Of a stretch of DNA of 64,000 bases, positions 12,162 to 24,886 are shown piece by piece; the first letter of the stretch is position 1; every line of letters starts with the position of its first letter. Made by a program: the position numbers and the translations under genes. Below the pieces are notes generated by a model that saw nothing but the letters and a program-made list of their open reading frames with translations, did no database searches and was not told where the DNA came from. Source of the DNA: Octopus vulgaris (lineage: Eukaryota). The stretch lies in the NCBI GenBank assembly GCA_951406725.2, contig OX597814.1, positions 154,132,001 through 154,196,000 on the forward strand, read 5' to 3'.

Positions 12162-12387
12162 TTTGATGCTGAATTTCGCCGATTTGCCATTGATAAAGAT
12201 GGCAACTACCAGTTCGAGGACTTCCATGAACTGGTGGAAAAACTTCATCAGCTTCATCGCATTCCATTTGTGATTACCTATACAGACCCAGCCCATGGTG
12301 ATCTGCTTCCTATTAATAATAAAGACAATTATTTAAAGGCTGTCTCTACAGCTCGACCATTGTTACGGCTACAAGTGCAGCGGAAAG
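12162..12387 (+). CDS. PARD6: Par-6 cell polarity protein, internal coding exon (PB1 domain)
   Basis: Translates FDAEFRRFAIDK...YTDPAHGDLLPINNKDNYLKAVSTARPLLRLQVQRK, matching the Par-6 PB1 domain. Polypyrimidine tract plus CAG acceptor ending at 12161; donor G|GTAAGT at 12388. Phase 0 in, phase 1 out, which joins in frame to the exon at 21372. Confidence 0.96.
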
Positions 12388-12639
12388 GTAAGTTTTTTTT
12401 TTGTTTTTAGATGTTTAATAAATGATAATTTATTAATAATTGATAAATATTCAAAACCAGGACTATGTACATCAATCCCAGTCAGTGATACAGTTTGTTC
12501 ACTTTTTCTACAAAGTCTCATTCTCTTTATCTACTAAGACTTGTTCACTTTACTAGGGCTGGTTCAGTATTTACTAGGTATAGTCTTTCAGTTGCTTCCC
12601 TTCACTCTTAGGATTTGTATTGAGGTAAAGCGAGTGATA

Positions 12640-12945
12640 ACTATCTATCTATCTAACTGGGTGGCCGGCTGACTGGCTATCTGTGTGTCTGTCTGGCTAT
12701 CTAACCATCTGTCTATCTGTCTAACTATTTGTCTGTCTGTTTGTCTAACTATCTGTCTGTCTAACTATCTAATTATCTATCTGTCTGTCTAACTATCTAT
12801 CTATCTGTCTGTCTAACTATCCATCTATCTATCTATCTGTCTGTCTAACTATCTATCTATCTATCTGTCTGTCTAACTGTTTATCTGTCTGTCTGACTAT
12901 CTAACTATCTGTCTGTCTAACTATCTATCAATCTACCTGCCTGCC
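12640..12945. repeat. Compound (TATC)n/(TGTC)n microsatellite with CTAA interruptions
   Basis: Directly visible tetranucleotide array. Confidence 0.9.
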
Positions 12946-13947
12946 TGTGTGTGTGTGAACATTGCTTCTCAATTTGTGATTGTGAAAATTGATGAATATA
13001 GAGTTCATTGACCATTTGAAACAGCTGTAAAGATGTAACTTCTCTTTCCATACCTAATTAAGTTTCTATCTACCTTGAGGTAGATTTTCTATCTACCTTG
13101 AGGAGCCATCTGGACACCTCATCTCACCATTTATCTCTTTGCAGCTCCTCTACATGAGATTTCTTAACCACTCATCTTTTAGCATAAAGCTGTTCTCTTC
13201 CCTTGGGGTTCACAGTCTTGCAACATGCATGGTGACCTCTCCAGTGTTAGTGGCATAAAAAAAAACACCCAATACATTCTGTACAGTGGTTGGCATTAGG
13301 AAGGGTACCCAGCCATAGAAACTATGCAAAACGCAGACACTGGAATATAATGCAGTCCTTGGACCCATCAGATCCTGCCAAACATTCCAATCCATGCCAG
13401 TGTGGAAGATGGAGATTAAATGATGAACTAAATGATAAGGATTACCATCATCATTATCATCGTTTTAATGTCCATTTTTCCCATACTTGCTTGGATTGAA
13501 CTAAGGTCATTGAGGCAGATTTTTATAGCTGGATACCCTTATTGTTGCTAACACTTAACCTGTTTCCTAGAAAGGTAATATTTTCCCATGATCAGATGTG
13601 ATGTTGCAGAATATTGGAAATGAATGATATTCACTTACAACAATCACATAATGTCAAGACAAAAACACACACACACACACGTCACTAAAGTGACTAAGGG
13701 TACTAATCAGCACTAGTATTGCTAGAAATAAAAGCCAAAATAATTCAATAGCCATGAAAAGCACTATCTTAATGACTGACAGGGGAGGTAAGCTTCCTAT
13801 AGCAGCAGGCATAGCCATGATTTTGCATTCCTTTGTTACATTAGTGACATCTATATTTCTGCCTTTAAGTTGTAAAATTGTGAATAAGCCACCCATATAT
13901 ATATATACATACATACATATATATATATGTATGTATGTATATGTATA

Positions 13948-14830
13948 GGTGCAGGCGTGGCTTTGTGGTAAGAAGGTTTATTGCCTCAAAAGGTTTTTGT
14001 ATAGCAAAAATGTAAGAGGTTTATTGCCTCATTAATGTGTTTTTTCTTTTCTTTGTTTTTGAACTGTGTAAGAGGTTTATTGCCTCGATATGATACTTTA
14101 AAAGAACAATGTTTTAGAGAAGCAAAAGTCGGCAGGCGCTTTTCGTCTTCTCCCATCCTTATCATCCTTGTATCATTATCATTCATCTCATTAATGTCCG
14201 TGTCCAACCCACAAGCTTCCTTACTCTATGTACTGCCTTTATGGCAAATTTAATAAAATAAAGAAGCTTGCTTCCCAATCATATGGTTCTGGGTTCAGTC
14301 CCACTGCATGGCACCTTCAGCAAGTGTCTTCTACTATAGCTTCAGGCTGACCAAAGCCTTGAGTGGATTTGGTAGACAGAAACTGAAAGAAGTCCATCAT
14401 ATATATATATATATATATGTGTGTGTGTCTGTGCATGTGTCTGTAATTATACCCCCCCCCCCCCCACCATCACTTGACAACTGATGCTGGTGCGTTTACG
14501 TCCCCATCACTTAGCAGTTTAGCAAATGATACCAATAGAATAAGTCAACTAAAGCCTGTGAGTGGATTTGGTTGACGGAAATTGGAAGAAGCCTGTCATA
14601 TATATATATATGTGTATATATGTTTGTGTGTCTCTGTTTGTCCCCCCACCATCATCTGACAACTGATGTTGGTGTGTTTAAATCCCTGTAACTTAGCGGG
14701 TTGGTAATAAGAAACCGATAGAATAAGTACTAGGTTTACAAAGAATAAGTCATGGGGTCGATTTGTTTGACTAAAGGTGGTACTCCAGCATGGCTGCAGT
14801 CAAATGACTGAAACAAGTAAAAGAATAAGA
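13948..14830 (+). mobile_element. SINE family A with a ~280 bp insertion in its head and an internal duplication
   Basis: Head GGCGTGGCTTTGTGGTAAGAAG is split at about 13975 and resumes AAGAAGCTTGCTTCCC at about 14261. The body from GTGGATTTGG to GAATAAGT occurs twice. Confidence 0.8.
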
Positions 14831-14844
14831 GAATATATGACAAA

Positions 14845-14992
14845 TTTCTTTTCAGTTTCCCTCTATCAAATCCACTCACATGGCCTTGGTTGGTCCAAAA
14901 CTGTAGTAGAAGACACTTGCCCAAGGTGCCACACAGTGGGACTGAACTCAAAACCATGTGGTTGGGAAACAAACTTCTTAACCACACAGCCT
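14845..14992 (-). mobile_element. SINE family A head, inverted relative to the adjacent copy
   Basis: CAAATCCACTCACA...GTAGAAGACACTTGCCCAAGGTGCCACACAGTGGGACTGAAC. Confidence 0.85.
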
Positions 14993-16182
14993 CATTGTGA
15001 CAGAAAGAGCATATCTCTTGTTCATCCAACAGGCTATTTTGAGGATTGAGAATCAATAAATATGAGTATACTACCATATAAATAACTGGTGGCTTACTGA
15101 GATTCTTTTACTAGTCTCAGCCATTGGGTTGTGTCTATTCTGGTACCATTATATAGATTTGTATACTGCAATATGACTTGATGTAACTTCAGTGTTTAGA
15201 ATAAAAGGAATCAATACAATAGCCGGTATCTGTTTTATGGATTTTGTGTTGTCTTTTAGAAAGGCATTCCTAAAAACGTCTTGAATATTTGATTTTTACT
15301 TTTATCAGTAAAGTCAAACAATGATTCTTATAAACATTGCTGAAATAATAATTGGGTTATAAAATGTATAGAATTATGGGTTGGTGAAATGGATAAGCAA
15401 GAAAATGAAACATCGGTATTTTCCTGTTGTTCTTCTAGAGTGTAACTAATATGGTGACATATTTAATATGATAAAAATTGACTCTTATGAAATAGCTATA
15501 TAATTTCCTGGTTTTAATTAGAGACACAGGCATAGCTGTGTGGGTATGAAGTTCACTTCACAATCATGTGGTTTCTGGTTCAGTCCTACTGCACAGTACC
15601 TATGGCATTTTCTACTATAGCCTTGGGCTGACAAATGCCTTGTGGTTGTGACGTTGTGAACAGAAATTGTGTGGAACCCTGTCTTGTGTGTATGTATACA
15701 CACAGACACACGCACACATTGATTTCACTTAAGCATAGTGATACCAACAACCAGTTGTTAAAACTCAATATTCTAATGCTTTGACATTGTCAGGAGAGTA
15801 CAGTGCGTAATATCAATAAATCAATTGCAAAAGAACAGGAGTTATATAATCACCTTCATTAGACTATGATTTTTTTTGCTATAAGAAACAGTGAACTCTG
15901 AGCTGAGTGCTTGTGCAACATCTTATAGCTTCTGTAGAGCTATTAGAATTGTGTATGTTTATTTTTTCATCACCATTGTTTAATGTCCACTTTCCATGCT
16001 GGCATGGGTTGGACAGTTTGACATGGAGCTGGTTAACAAGGAGCTGTCCAAATTCCAATTGCCTATTCTGGCATGATTTCTATGGCTGGATGCCCTTCCT
16101 AAAACCAAGGAGTTAAATCATAATTTACACACACACATATTGAGTTACTATAGAATTTATTGTTGTCTAACAATAGTTACAA

Positions 16183-16549
16183 CTAGCACTATGCCGGGTC
16201 ATAGTGCTAGTGCATGCATATACAGCTGCGTGCATGTGCACATACATGCGAGTACTGTCCAAATCTCCGACCAATCACATACAGCTAGCAAGCTTTCAAT
16301 TGGCGTATCAAGTTTCGGGCATTTTGATTGGATTTTGGATAGAAAATTCACAAAAAAATCACTTCTATTGATTTTTTTTAATGGCTTTGCGGGGTGACTG
16401 GGGAAATGTAAAGATGTGCATGACCACTCTTGGACGGTTTTGAATCACCATAGAAAGTGTGAGCCCTCTAACTGAAAAATTGTGGATTTGTATAAAGGAC
16501 ATGCACACACACACACACACAGATATTTTGCCGCTTATATATAGAGAGA
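16183..16549 (-). mobile_element. Non-autonomous Helitron-like element
   Basis: On the minus strand it starts A|TCTCTCTATATATAAG and ends with hairpin GCACTATG-acccgg-CATAGTGC overlapping CTAG|T. Inserted between A and T with no TSD. Confidence 0.65.
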
Positions 16550-19314
16550 TGATGTCTCCTTAACTTGCTGAGGTTTCTTAAACTGGTGTTAAGTTCTAGA
16601 TACTGAAGTATTTGGCAGATGAAAGACAGAAATCTTCCCTATACCATTAAACATTCCTCAATTCTGCTTAAGAATCTACTCTAAAGAATTAATTGCTCTC
16701 CTTAGTATAACAAAAATGCTTGTTGTGTATATATGAACTCAAAATCTATAACTTGGTTTATGGATACATCATTCACTTGGTTATTTTACTTCAAATGTTT
16801 GATTCCAAAATATAGAAGATTAGAAAACTCATATTATTGATTGCAGATTACTTACAGATACAGTGGCATTGTAAAATACGTGTCTTGGTTCTTAGCTCAT
16901 AAGTTTAGATTGTGAGTGAAAGTACTGTGGATTGAAGTAAGATGCTTAAGCAACTTTACTTATATTTCCAATCCACCAAGTTGAACCACTGAGAGAAGCA
17001 GGTACGATGTGATTGAACAAACTTTTAGAAATAGCAATCAAATCTTACTCAGATCTTGCCATACCCCACTCAAAAAAGGGAAGGACACTAGATGATCTCA
17101 TGGATATACAAAAAAATAGTTTGGTCAGTGCTGGAATGTTCTTGATTTAAGGCTTTGTTCAATCAGGGTTGACCTGAGACTAAAGATAACATCAGCAACA
17201 TATTGAAATGCTGTTAAATAGAATGATAATTAATCCTTGATCAGAGCTAACCTGGGGCTAAACACATTTGAATGTTACATTCTTAGTTATATCTTATTGT
17301 TATACACACAATAGTTGTAATGTATTGTTATATACACATTAATTGGAGAGTCACTCAGTAATATTTATGTAGAATATCAAAATTTATTTTTACAAGAAAA
17401 TAGTCAGTAACTTTGGATTTTATTGTTCATTGGCTTCCTCAGACTGTCTGCTAAATCAACAAACAACAAAACTTGAAAGTCACTGTCAAACTTTTTCCTT
17501 ATAAAAATACTGCTAAATGTAATAATAATGATTTTATCTTTTCAGAAACCTCACATATAACATAAGCTTGAATAACTTTTAGTAGTTTTGTGTTCAGAAT
17601 TGTTTATGGGAATGAACTGAAAGCTTCATTAAAACAGATATTTAATTTTTTTATGGTTTAATGAGAGTAGGAAAGACAGTGCACATGACCTTTTGCAGAC
17701 TGGTGAGAGTAAGCAAGAAATATCTCGATATTTTCAGACTGGGGACCTGGTTTGGTCCAATGCTTGTGACAGAGTGGACATTGTTGTTAAAGGCACCTAA
17801 GTACCAAATGGTGGCATTGAACTAAATTAATAAAGCCACTGGGACAGCTTTACTTTAACTAAACTGGTGTATATAGACATGTTAAAAAAGCCATTAAGTA
17901 AAACTAGCAAAGTAGTTAAAGTAGTTTGTACTGTACAGTGAGGAAGGTGGTTTCTTTTGAGTGTTCATACTTTGGTCAAAATCAAACTCATTCAAAGTAT
18001 GTGAATTATTAGAAACATTCCATATAGGCATAGGCATTGCTATGTGGTTAAGAAGAAGCTTGTTTATGAGCTATGTGAGGGTTCAGTTTCACTGCGTGGT
18101 ACCTTAGGCAAACATCTACTATTGCCTTGAGAGTGGATTTGGTAGACGGAAACTAGAAGAAGCCCATCTTTGCATGGCTTAGTGGTTAGGGTGTTGGACT
18201 CATGATTGCAAAATTGTGGTTTTGATTCATGGACTGGGTGATGTGTTGTATTCTTGAGCAAAATACTTCATGTTGCTCCAATCCACTCATCTGGTAAAAG
18301 TGGGTAATCTTGCAACATATTGGCAACTCATCCAAGGAAGAATATATATATCAGAGAAACTGGGAAATGGACCCATTCATTGCTCCTTATGGAGTAATGT
18401 GGACTAGCCATGTGTGTGTGTGTGTGTGTCTTTGTCTTGACATCACCAGATAGCTACAAGCAAGTATCACCATCATACAAGCAATTTTGTTCATTTCTAG
18501 TATTCCACAAAAAAATCATATCAAGGGGAAATATTACCTGACCGGGAAATGATTTAAGGTTGGTTACAGGAATGTCATCCATCCAAAAAACGCTACCTCA
18601 GAATAGCCCTCTAGCTCATGCCAATAGGGAAAAGATAATGTAAAATGCTGATAAATGATAAAGAGGAAAGAATGAGATTTGGTATGATTTTAATGCATAA
18701 AATAAATGATGATGGTAGACATAAATTCCAGAGCAAATTAACTGTATACATTTTGCTCTGTAATAATTACATTTGATATTTTTACATGAAACAAGAGAAA
18801 CTATATTCACTATAGTTTTTAATGGTTTGTAAGATGTCATCATACTAAAAGTGAAGTCTGGCGTAACATAGTAAATTCCATTGTCTCGACCACTATCGAA
18901 TAATGATGGTGATGAAAAGTCAGACTTCATTGCTTATTTAATTAATTTTAATTAAAATTTTAGGATTGCCTTGCCTTTGTTTAAATTTTTTTTAATTAAT
19001 TATTTCCATAATGATTATTAAGGTCGTGAATCTAATATTTTTTGTCTTACTAATATTGTCCACTTTGCTAAGTTTTCATGCAATAATTTGTAGATATGAT
19101 ATAGCCAGGTGGATAAGGTACTGGATTAACTACTCAGAGATTAAATATATCTGCAACAAGTGTTTCCTTCTGCCTATGTATGAAATGATTTAATTTTACA
19201 TAAGGAGCAATAATTCATGTTGAGAAGCAGTGTCATATTTTCTGCGAATGTTACCTGCAAATAATGTTGTTTTATCCAAAGAGAGCAGATTCACTTTTTC
19301 ATCTACATGACATT

Positions 19315-19618
19315 GTTGTTTGTTCCTTCTCGAGCCACGACTGGCTCATAGGGCCAGTTTCCCAGTTTCCTTGGCATATAGGTTCCCCACCTGGACGGGA
19401 CGCCGGTCCGTCGCAGGTGAGCTGCTAGATGCAGGAGGAAAGAGTGAGAGAAAGTTGTGGCGAAAGAATCAGCAGAAGTTCGCCATTACCTTCTGCTGGA
19501 GCCACGTGGAACTTAGGTGTTTCACACATAATCACACACATCGCCCAATCTGAGATTTGAACCCATGATCCCTCAACCGCGAGTCCACTGCTCTAACCAC
19601 TAGGCCATGTGTCTCCAC
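19315..19618 (-). mobile_element. tRNA-derived SINE, family E, with perfect 12-bp TSD
   Basis: Head TGGCCTAGTGGTTAGAGC...GGGTTCAAATCTC, short (AAC)n tail, TSD CTACATGACATT at 19303-19314 and 19619-19630. Confidence 0.85.
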
Positions 19619-20249
19619 CTACATGACATTAGTTGATGAAAATTTTTGTCATTAGATGTAACTAGTGCTATAGAGCAATGGGTACATTTCCAGGGTACAT
19701 CTGACACTATTAAACAACTGTTGCTGTTGTTATTACTGTTGTTTAGCCCCATAGCAACGTTGATATATTAGACCCATAATTGCAGCTGCTCCACCAGTGA
19801 CCATTACATGTTGTTTTCAAGTGTATTTTACATTATCCATTATGTCCTCCCATTTCAGATGACAGGGTGTAATTTGAGAAAGATCTAGCTGATATATCCA
19901 GCAGGTCAAGCAATCTCATAGCACCTCTGATTGTTAGTTTTAATCATTGTTAATAACTGTTTAGTTTCACTCTTGGCCTGAAGATATATCACTCTGGTTC
20001 ATATAAGATAAGTACCAGGTACATATTTTGTTTTGTTTTTCAATGAGTGAACCCAGATGCTCCCAGCAAGTAACCTCCAGAAAGCATGATCGTCCAAAGC
20101 AATAACTTGATTTTCCAAATTTTGTAAACCTAGTGTCTTGTACTAGTTGGTTGGTGTGCATAAATATTTAGCTGTGAGTTGGCTTTCATAGTCACAACAG
20201 ATGTACTACCTCATCTTTGTATTTCCCACATCATCATCTGATCGTATTT

Positions 20250-21140
20250 GCTCATGCATTTTTAACCCCCACACACTAGCCCTCTCAGTCTTGCATCAAT
20301 TGAGGAAGGTCTTCAGATATATAGCCAGTTTCTCTGGTGAGCTGATATACATACATTCTCTTCAGATGACCTGCTTTGGCATCCATAGCTGTAGGGCACT
20401 TGCCAGCTTTTGTTTGGCTTGCTAGCAATGTCTCACAATTCATAAGTGCCTTTCCCTTATAATGGTGGAAACAGGCAAGAAATCTCAATTAGATTGTTTC
20501 TTGGTGGGATGAGTTCTCCATACTGCTCTTAAGATTCAGGTGTCTGTTTCATCTAGCTTGGATTACAGTTTTTTGGTAAGCATCTAGTTTGTTGCTCCAT
20601 ATAAAAGGACTGACTACTGTTGCACAAAAAAAAAATTGTCTTAAGGTTGTCTGATAGGGTTGATTTCCAGTCATCTAGTTTGTTTAGAACCAACCATGCT
20701 TAGACTGTACAAGATTTTACATCCTTTTTAAAGACCCCTAATTTCTATTAACATAATGCAGATGTTACTGGGAGTAAATTGCCTTAAAGTTCAGTATTTG
20801 TTCATGTTACCTCTGACATATTGAGCTTTATAGTAATGTGTAGGTATCATGTAACCAATTTTATCATGCTTTTGTTAAGAGTCTTGTTCCTGCTCCATAC
20901 ATTGGCACACTATTGTTCCTTCGATGAATTTAAGTTTCAGGTCTTGATTTAGATTTGATTTCTCTATTGTTGCCATTTTGTTGGATACTAACCAAGTTCA
21001 AGTGATAAAGCTTTAATACTCTTTACTGAGTAGGCTACAAGATACTAGAAATCTTTCACTTCTTTCAGTTTGTGTTCTCTTGTAATGTCTTGCTGATATC
21101 AAGATCAATTAAATCATCTAAAAGTCTGCGGCCTTTTGAA
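20250..21140 (-). mobile_element. RTE-clade LINE ORF2 3' remnant in par-6 intron
   Basis: Decayed minus-strand motifs VKDF*YLVAY, AWLVLNKLDDWKSTLSDNLK and YVYQLTRETGYISEDLPQLMQD fit RTE RT and C-terminal consensus; many stops and frameshifts. Confidence 0.6.
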
Positions 21141-21371
21141 AATATAAGAAATCATTACTTGTACCATTATCTTGCTTAATTAAGTTTTCTTGCTCATTTA
21201 AGTTTACACAAATGTAATATTCTTATTTATCTGTTGTTTTTTTTTTGTTGTTTTTTCTAAGTATTCTGTTTTCTGGAGGCGCACTAAATTTAGTTTTATG
21301 CCTATCTCATCTGTTGTTATTTATTCTATTTTTTCTTTTCTTTTATTTTATTGTATTTTTTTGTTTTTCAG

Positions 21372-22012
21372 GTGAGAGTTATGGTGAAGTGAATGGTTAT
21401 GGCTCAGGACCAATGAAAAGGAAAAATCCAATTTCAAAGTTGATAGGAACTGGAGAGGCATCACCAAAGCCACGTCTTAGGATTGGTATGCCTGAGGAAT
21501 TCCGCCGTGTCTCTGCTATTATTGATGTTGATATTGTGCCAGAGACACACAGACGTGTGAAACTCATGAAAAATGGTTCTGATAAACCATTGGGATTTTA
21601 CATACGAGATGGTACTAGCTTCCGTGTGACTACCTCTGGGGTGGAAAAAGTACCTGGAATTTTCATTTCTCGTCTAGTTCCAGGAGGCCTTGCTGAAAGC
21701 ACTGGTCTTCTGGCTGTGAATGATGAGGTTTTGGAAGTGAATGGTATCGAGGTGATGGGCAAGACTCTTGACCAGGTCACGGACATGATGGTTGCAAACA
21801 GCGCTAATCTGATTATCACTGTTAAGCCTGTGAATCAGCGAATGACTTTGGCTCCACAACGAGGTGGCTATGGCCGCCATTCCCAGCTGTCGAATAAGTC
21901 ACAGCAGTCTCAACAATCGGGGAAGTCCTATGACAGCGATGACGAAGATGATGTACAGGAGCTCCTTAGTAAGGAAGAGAAGGATAAAGACGGTCCTGTG
22001 GTTGTATTGTGA
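21372..22012 (+). CDS. PARD6: Par-6 terminal coding exon (semi-CRIB, PDZ domain, C-terminal PDZ-binding motif)
   Basis: [28 protein letters not shown] (semi-CRIB), [10 protein letters not shown]...[34 protein letters not shown]...[12 protein letters not shown] (Par-6 PDZ), ending VVVL then TGA at 22010-22012. Long T-rich tract and TTTCAG acceptor ending at 21371, phase 1. Confidence 0.97.
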
Positions 22013-22044
22013 GGGATGGTGGGAAAGTAAACAAAAATAATAAA

Positions 22045-22180
22045 CATATATATATGTATTTACACATGTATGTATATATACATGTGTGTATAAATACACA
22101 TGTATATATATGTATACACACATGTATACACACATATGTATCTATGTATATACACACATATGTATGTATGTACACATATA

Positions 22181-22224
<44 letters not shown>

Positions 22225-22226
22225 TG

Positions 22227-22260
<34 letters not shown>

Positions 22261-22306
22261 CACACATGTATATATATATATATATACACACATACATATA
22301 TGCATG

Positions 22307-22344
<38 letters not shown>

Positions 22345-22410
22345 AGCACAAATATGTATGCATATATATACATGTATGTGTATATATATATATATATGTA
22401 TATGTACATT
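22045..22410. repeat. (TA/TG/CA)n compound microsatellite just after the par-6 stop codon
   Basis: Directly visible; source of the YI-rich spurious ORFs. Confidence 0.9.
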
Positions 22411-22954
22411 CTGGTGATGAGTGGAGTTATTGCTGTTGGCATTGTTATTGTTCCCCTCTTCCTCCTTCCCACCCCCCTTCAAAAATTCTCTATAATTTAC
22501 CAACACAAATGGACAGTGGGGTCAGAGAGAAGCTGTCTTAAACTAAATGCGTTTTACTAAGCGTGTTAAAACTAATGTCGAGCCTTCATTCATTTACATG
22601 TTCATCTCATTATGTTTCATCATGTGAGAATGGGTATCTAACTTTATATAATTAAATACACACACACTGACACACAGTATAATAATACCTCATACTACAA
22701 ACACTATCACACACTGAAACATGCATGCACCAACTACACATACACACAAATGCATATTTATATTATATATAGGTATGCATACTACATAGCTTTACATACA
22801 CGCATTAATTAAATCACATGCACACAGACAAACAATTGATTAGTATCTTTCTTAATTTCTATTTATTTCTATGTCTTACTTTTCAATTTCATTTCCCAAA
22901 CATGGTTATATACATTTATTAATGTATGTATACACACACACACACACATGCACA

Positions 22955-23525
22955 CCTGTTTGTTTAGTCTACATCCATATATACACACATCTGTATATTT
23001 GGTTTACATCTGTAAATGTGTTCACACGTGTTTATTTGGTTTACATCTGTAGATGTGTACATACACATCTGTTTATTTGATTTACATCTGTACATGTATG
23101 CAAGCACATTTATTTACATCTGTATGTGTGCATTCACACATTTTTTAAATTTTATTTTTTCATCTGTAGATGTCTTTATACATAAACATCTATTTGGTTT
23201 ACATCTGTACATTGTGTACACACATCTGTTTATTTGGTTTACATCTGTACATTGTGTACACACATGTTTATTGATTTACATCTGGAGATCGTACACTCAT
23301 ATATGTTTATTTGGTTTACATCTGTACATTGTGTACACACATCTGTTTATTTGGTTTACATCTGTACATTGTGTACACAATTTTTTATATGTATTTGGTT
23401 TACATCTGTACATTGTATACACACATCTGTTTATTTGGTTTACATATGTATATATGTGTACACAATTTTTTTCTATATTTGTGTGTACATATTTGTTTAT
23501 TTAATTCACATCTGTACGCTGTGTG
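22955..23525 (+). repeat. ~38-40 bp minisatellite in the presumed par-6 3' UTR
   Basis: About 14 imperfect copies of TATTTGGTTTACATCTGTACATTGTGTACACACATCTGTT, with decayed copies to about 23820. Confidence 0.85.
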
Positions 23526-23849
23526 TATGTATACACACCAGTTTATTATGTTTCTATGTATTCATGTTTATATTCATGTTTATTTTACATTCATATGTGT
23601 GTATGTACATACATGCACACACACATTTGTCTTCTACATTTGTGTGTGTGTATGATTTGTCGAGATTTATTCTTGTGAAAGAGTGCCCATCTATTTATTT
23701 AGTTTATCTGTGTATGTATGTATGTATGTATGTATGTATGTGTGTGTGTGTAAACAGTTGTGCTATGTTTTCATCTGTAAATGTGCGTCCATCTGTTTGC
23801 CTGATTTTTACATCTGTTCATGCATGTATGTATGTATGTGTGTGTGTGC

Positions 23850-23900
<51 letters not shown>

Positions 23901-24818
23901 CTAATTCACCACCATATTTTCTCTTCTTTCTTTGTGTGTATATTCATGATTTGATTTGCATTCATGCATATATGTGACTTTAACTGTATGTAAAGTGCAC
24001 ATAATTTCACGTACCCCCACACAATCAAACACACAATATTATATGTAAATCAATGTATAATAAGTTCAGACTATTAACCTCATTTCTAGAGATGAGAATA
24101 TTTTTCTATAACATCTACATCTATACTATGTTTCAACCAGTTTATCAGTTATCATCAGATGTCTAACTTTGATGTGTGGAAAGTGCCAAACTAGATTTGA
24201 ACCAACAATCTTTTATTTCTAATCTGTGTTAATAGTATAGTGAATAAGAGTATTACTACCCTTAATTTAAAGAGTATTACTACCCTTAATTTTAAAATAA
24301 ATGTACCTTTATAAAAATCCAATCTTCTGCTATGTATGTATCCATATATAAGATAACTGATGATGGACCAGAGATAAACAAAATCAAAACTTAGTGTAGA
24401 TGTAAATACTGAATATTTGTGCTTTTATCTCTGAAGATGAGATTGTTAGTCTGAAAAACTATAATCTTTTTAACAACTCCTCATCTCAGGCATTTAAGTG
24501 TGTGTGTATGTGTGTATGTCTGCATATGTGTGTGTGTGTGTGTGTGTGTGTGAGAGAAATTGTTTAGTTTCTACCCTTAGGGTGCCATAAACTTTACCTG
24601 TGTGTGTGTGTGTGTGTGTACGAGTGTCTTTATGCTACCTGTATGTCATACTTGTGTTGATACCCGTTTTTATGACAGTAAAATGTCAACTCCATCAGTA
24701 GAATCTACTGTTTTACTCCTGCCTCAGTTGTGTTTCAAGTAACATCTATGTATATGTCCCTTCTTGTACTCTCTCTCACTTGTTGTGTATGCAGCTATCT
24801 ATCTACCCATCTTGACTT

Positions 24819-24886
<68 letters not shown>

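Noticed and set aside
18616-18930. 104-aa minus-strand ORF in the par-6 intron
   Set aside because: No recognisable domain, AT-rich codon usage and no supporting splice structure.
21245-21371. Hydrophobic N-terminus of the 255-aa ORF resembling a signal peptide or TM segment
   Set aside because: It is the translated polypyrimidine tract of the par-6 intron; the real exon starts at 21372.
22955-23525. Regularly spaced repeats superficially like a CRISPR array
   Set aside because: Units are contiguous degenerate tandem copies with no unique spacers, no cas genes are present, and the context is eukaryotic.
21899-23977. Many long overlapping ORFs rich in Y/I/H/T/C/V (also at 6653, 44652, 45287, 60076)
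   Set aside because: They are translations of (TA)n, (TG)n and (TACA)n microsatellites and the minisatellite, which lack stop codons by composition.
24246-24293. Short local direct duplications (also about 13063-13103, 29545-29595, 51890-51950)
   Set aside because: Ordinary slippage duplications with no sign of function.
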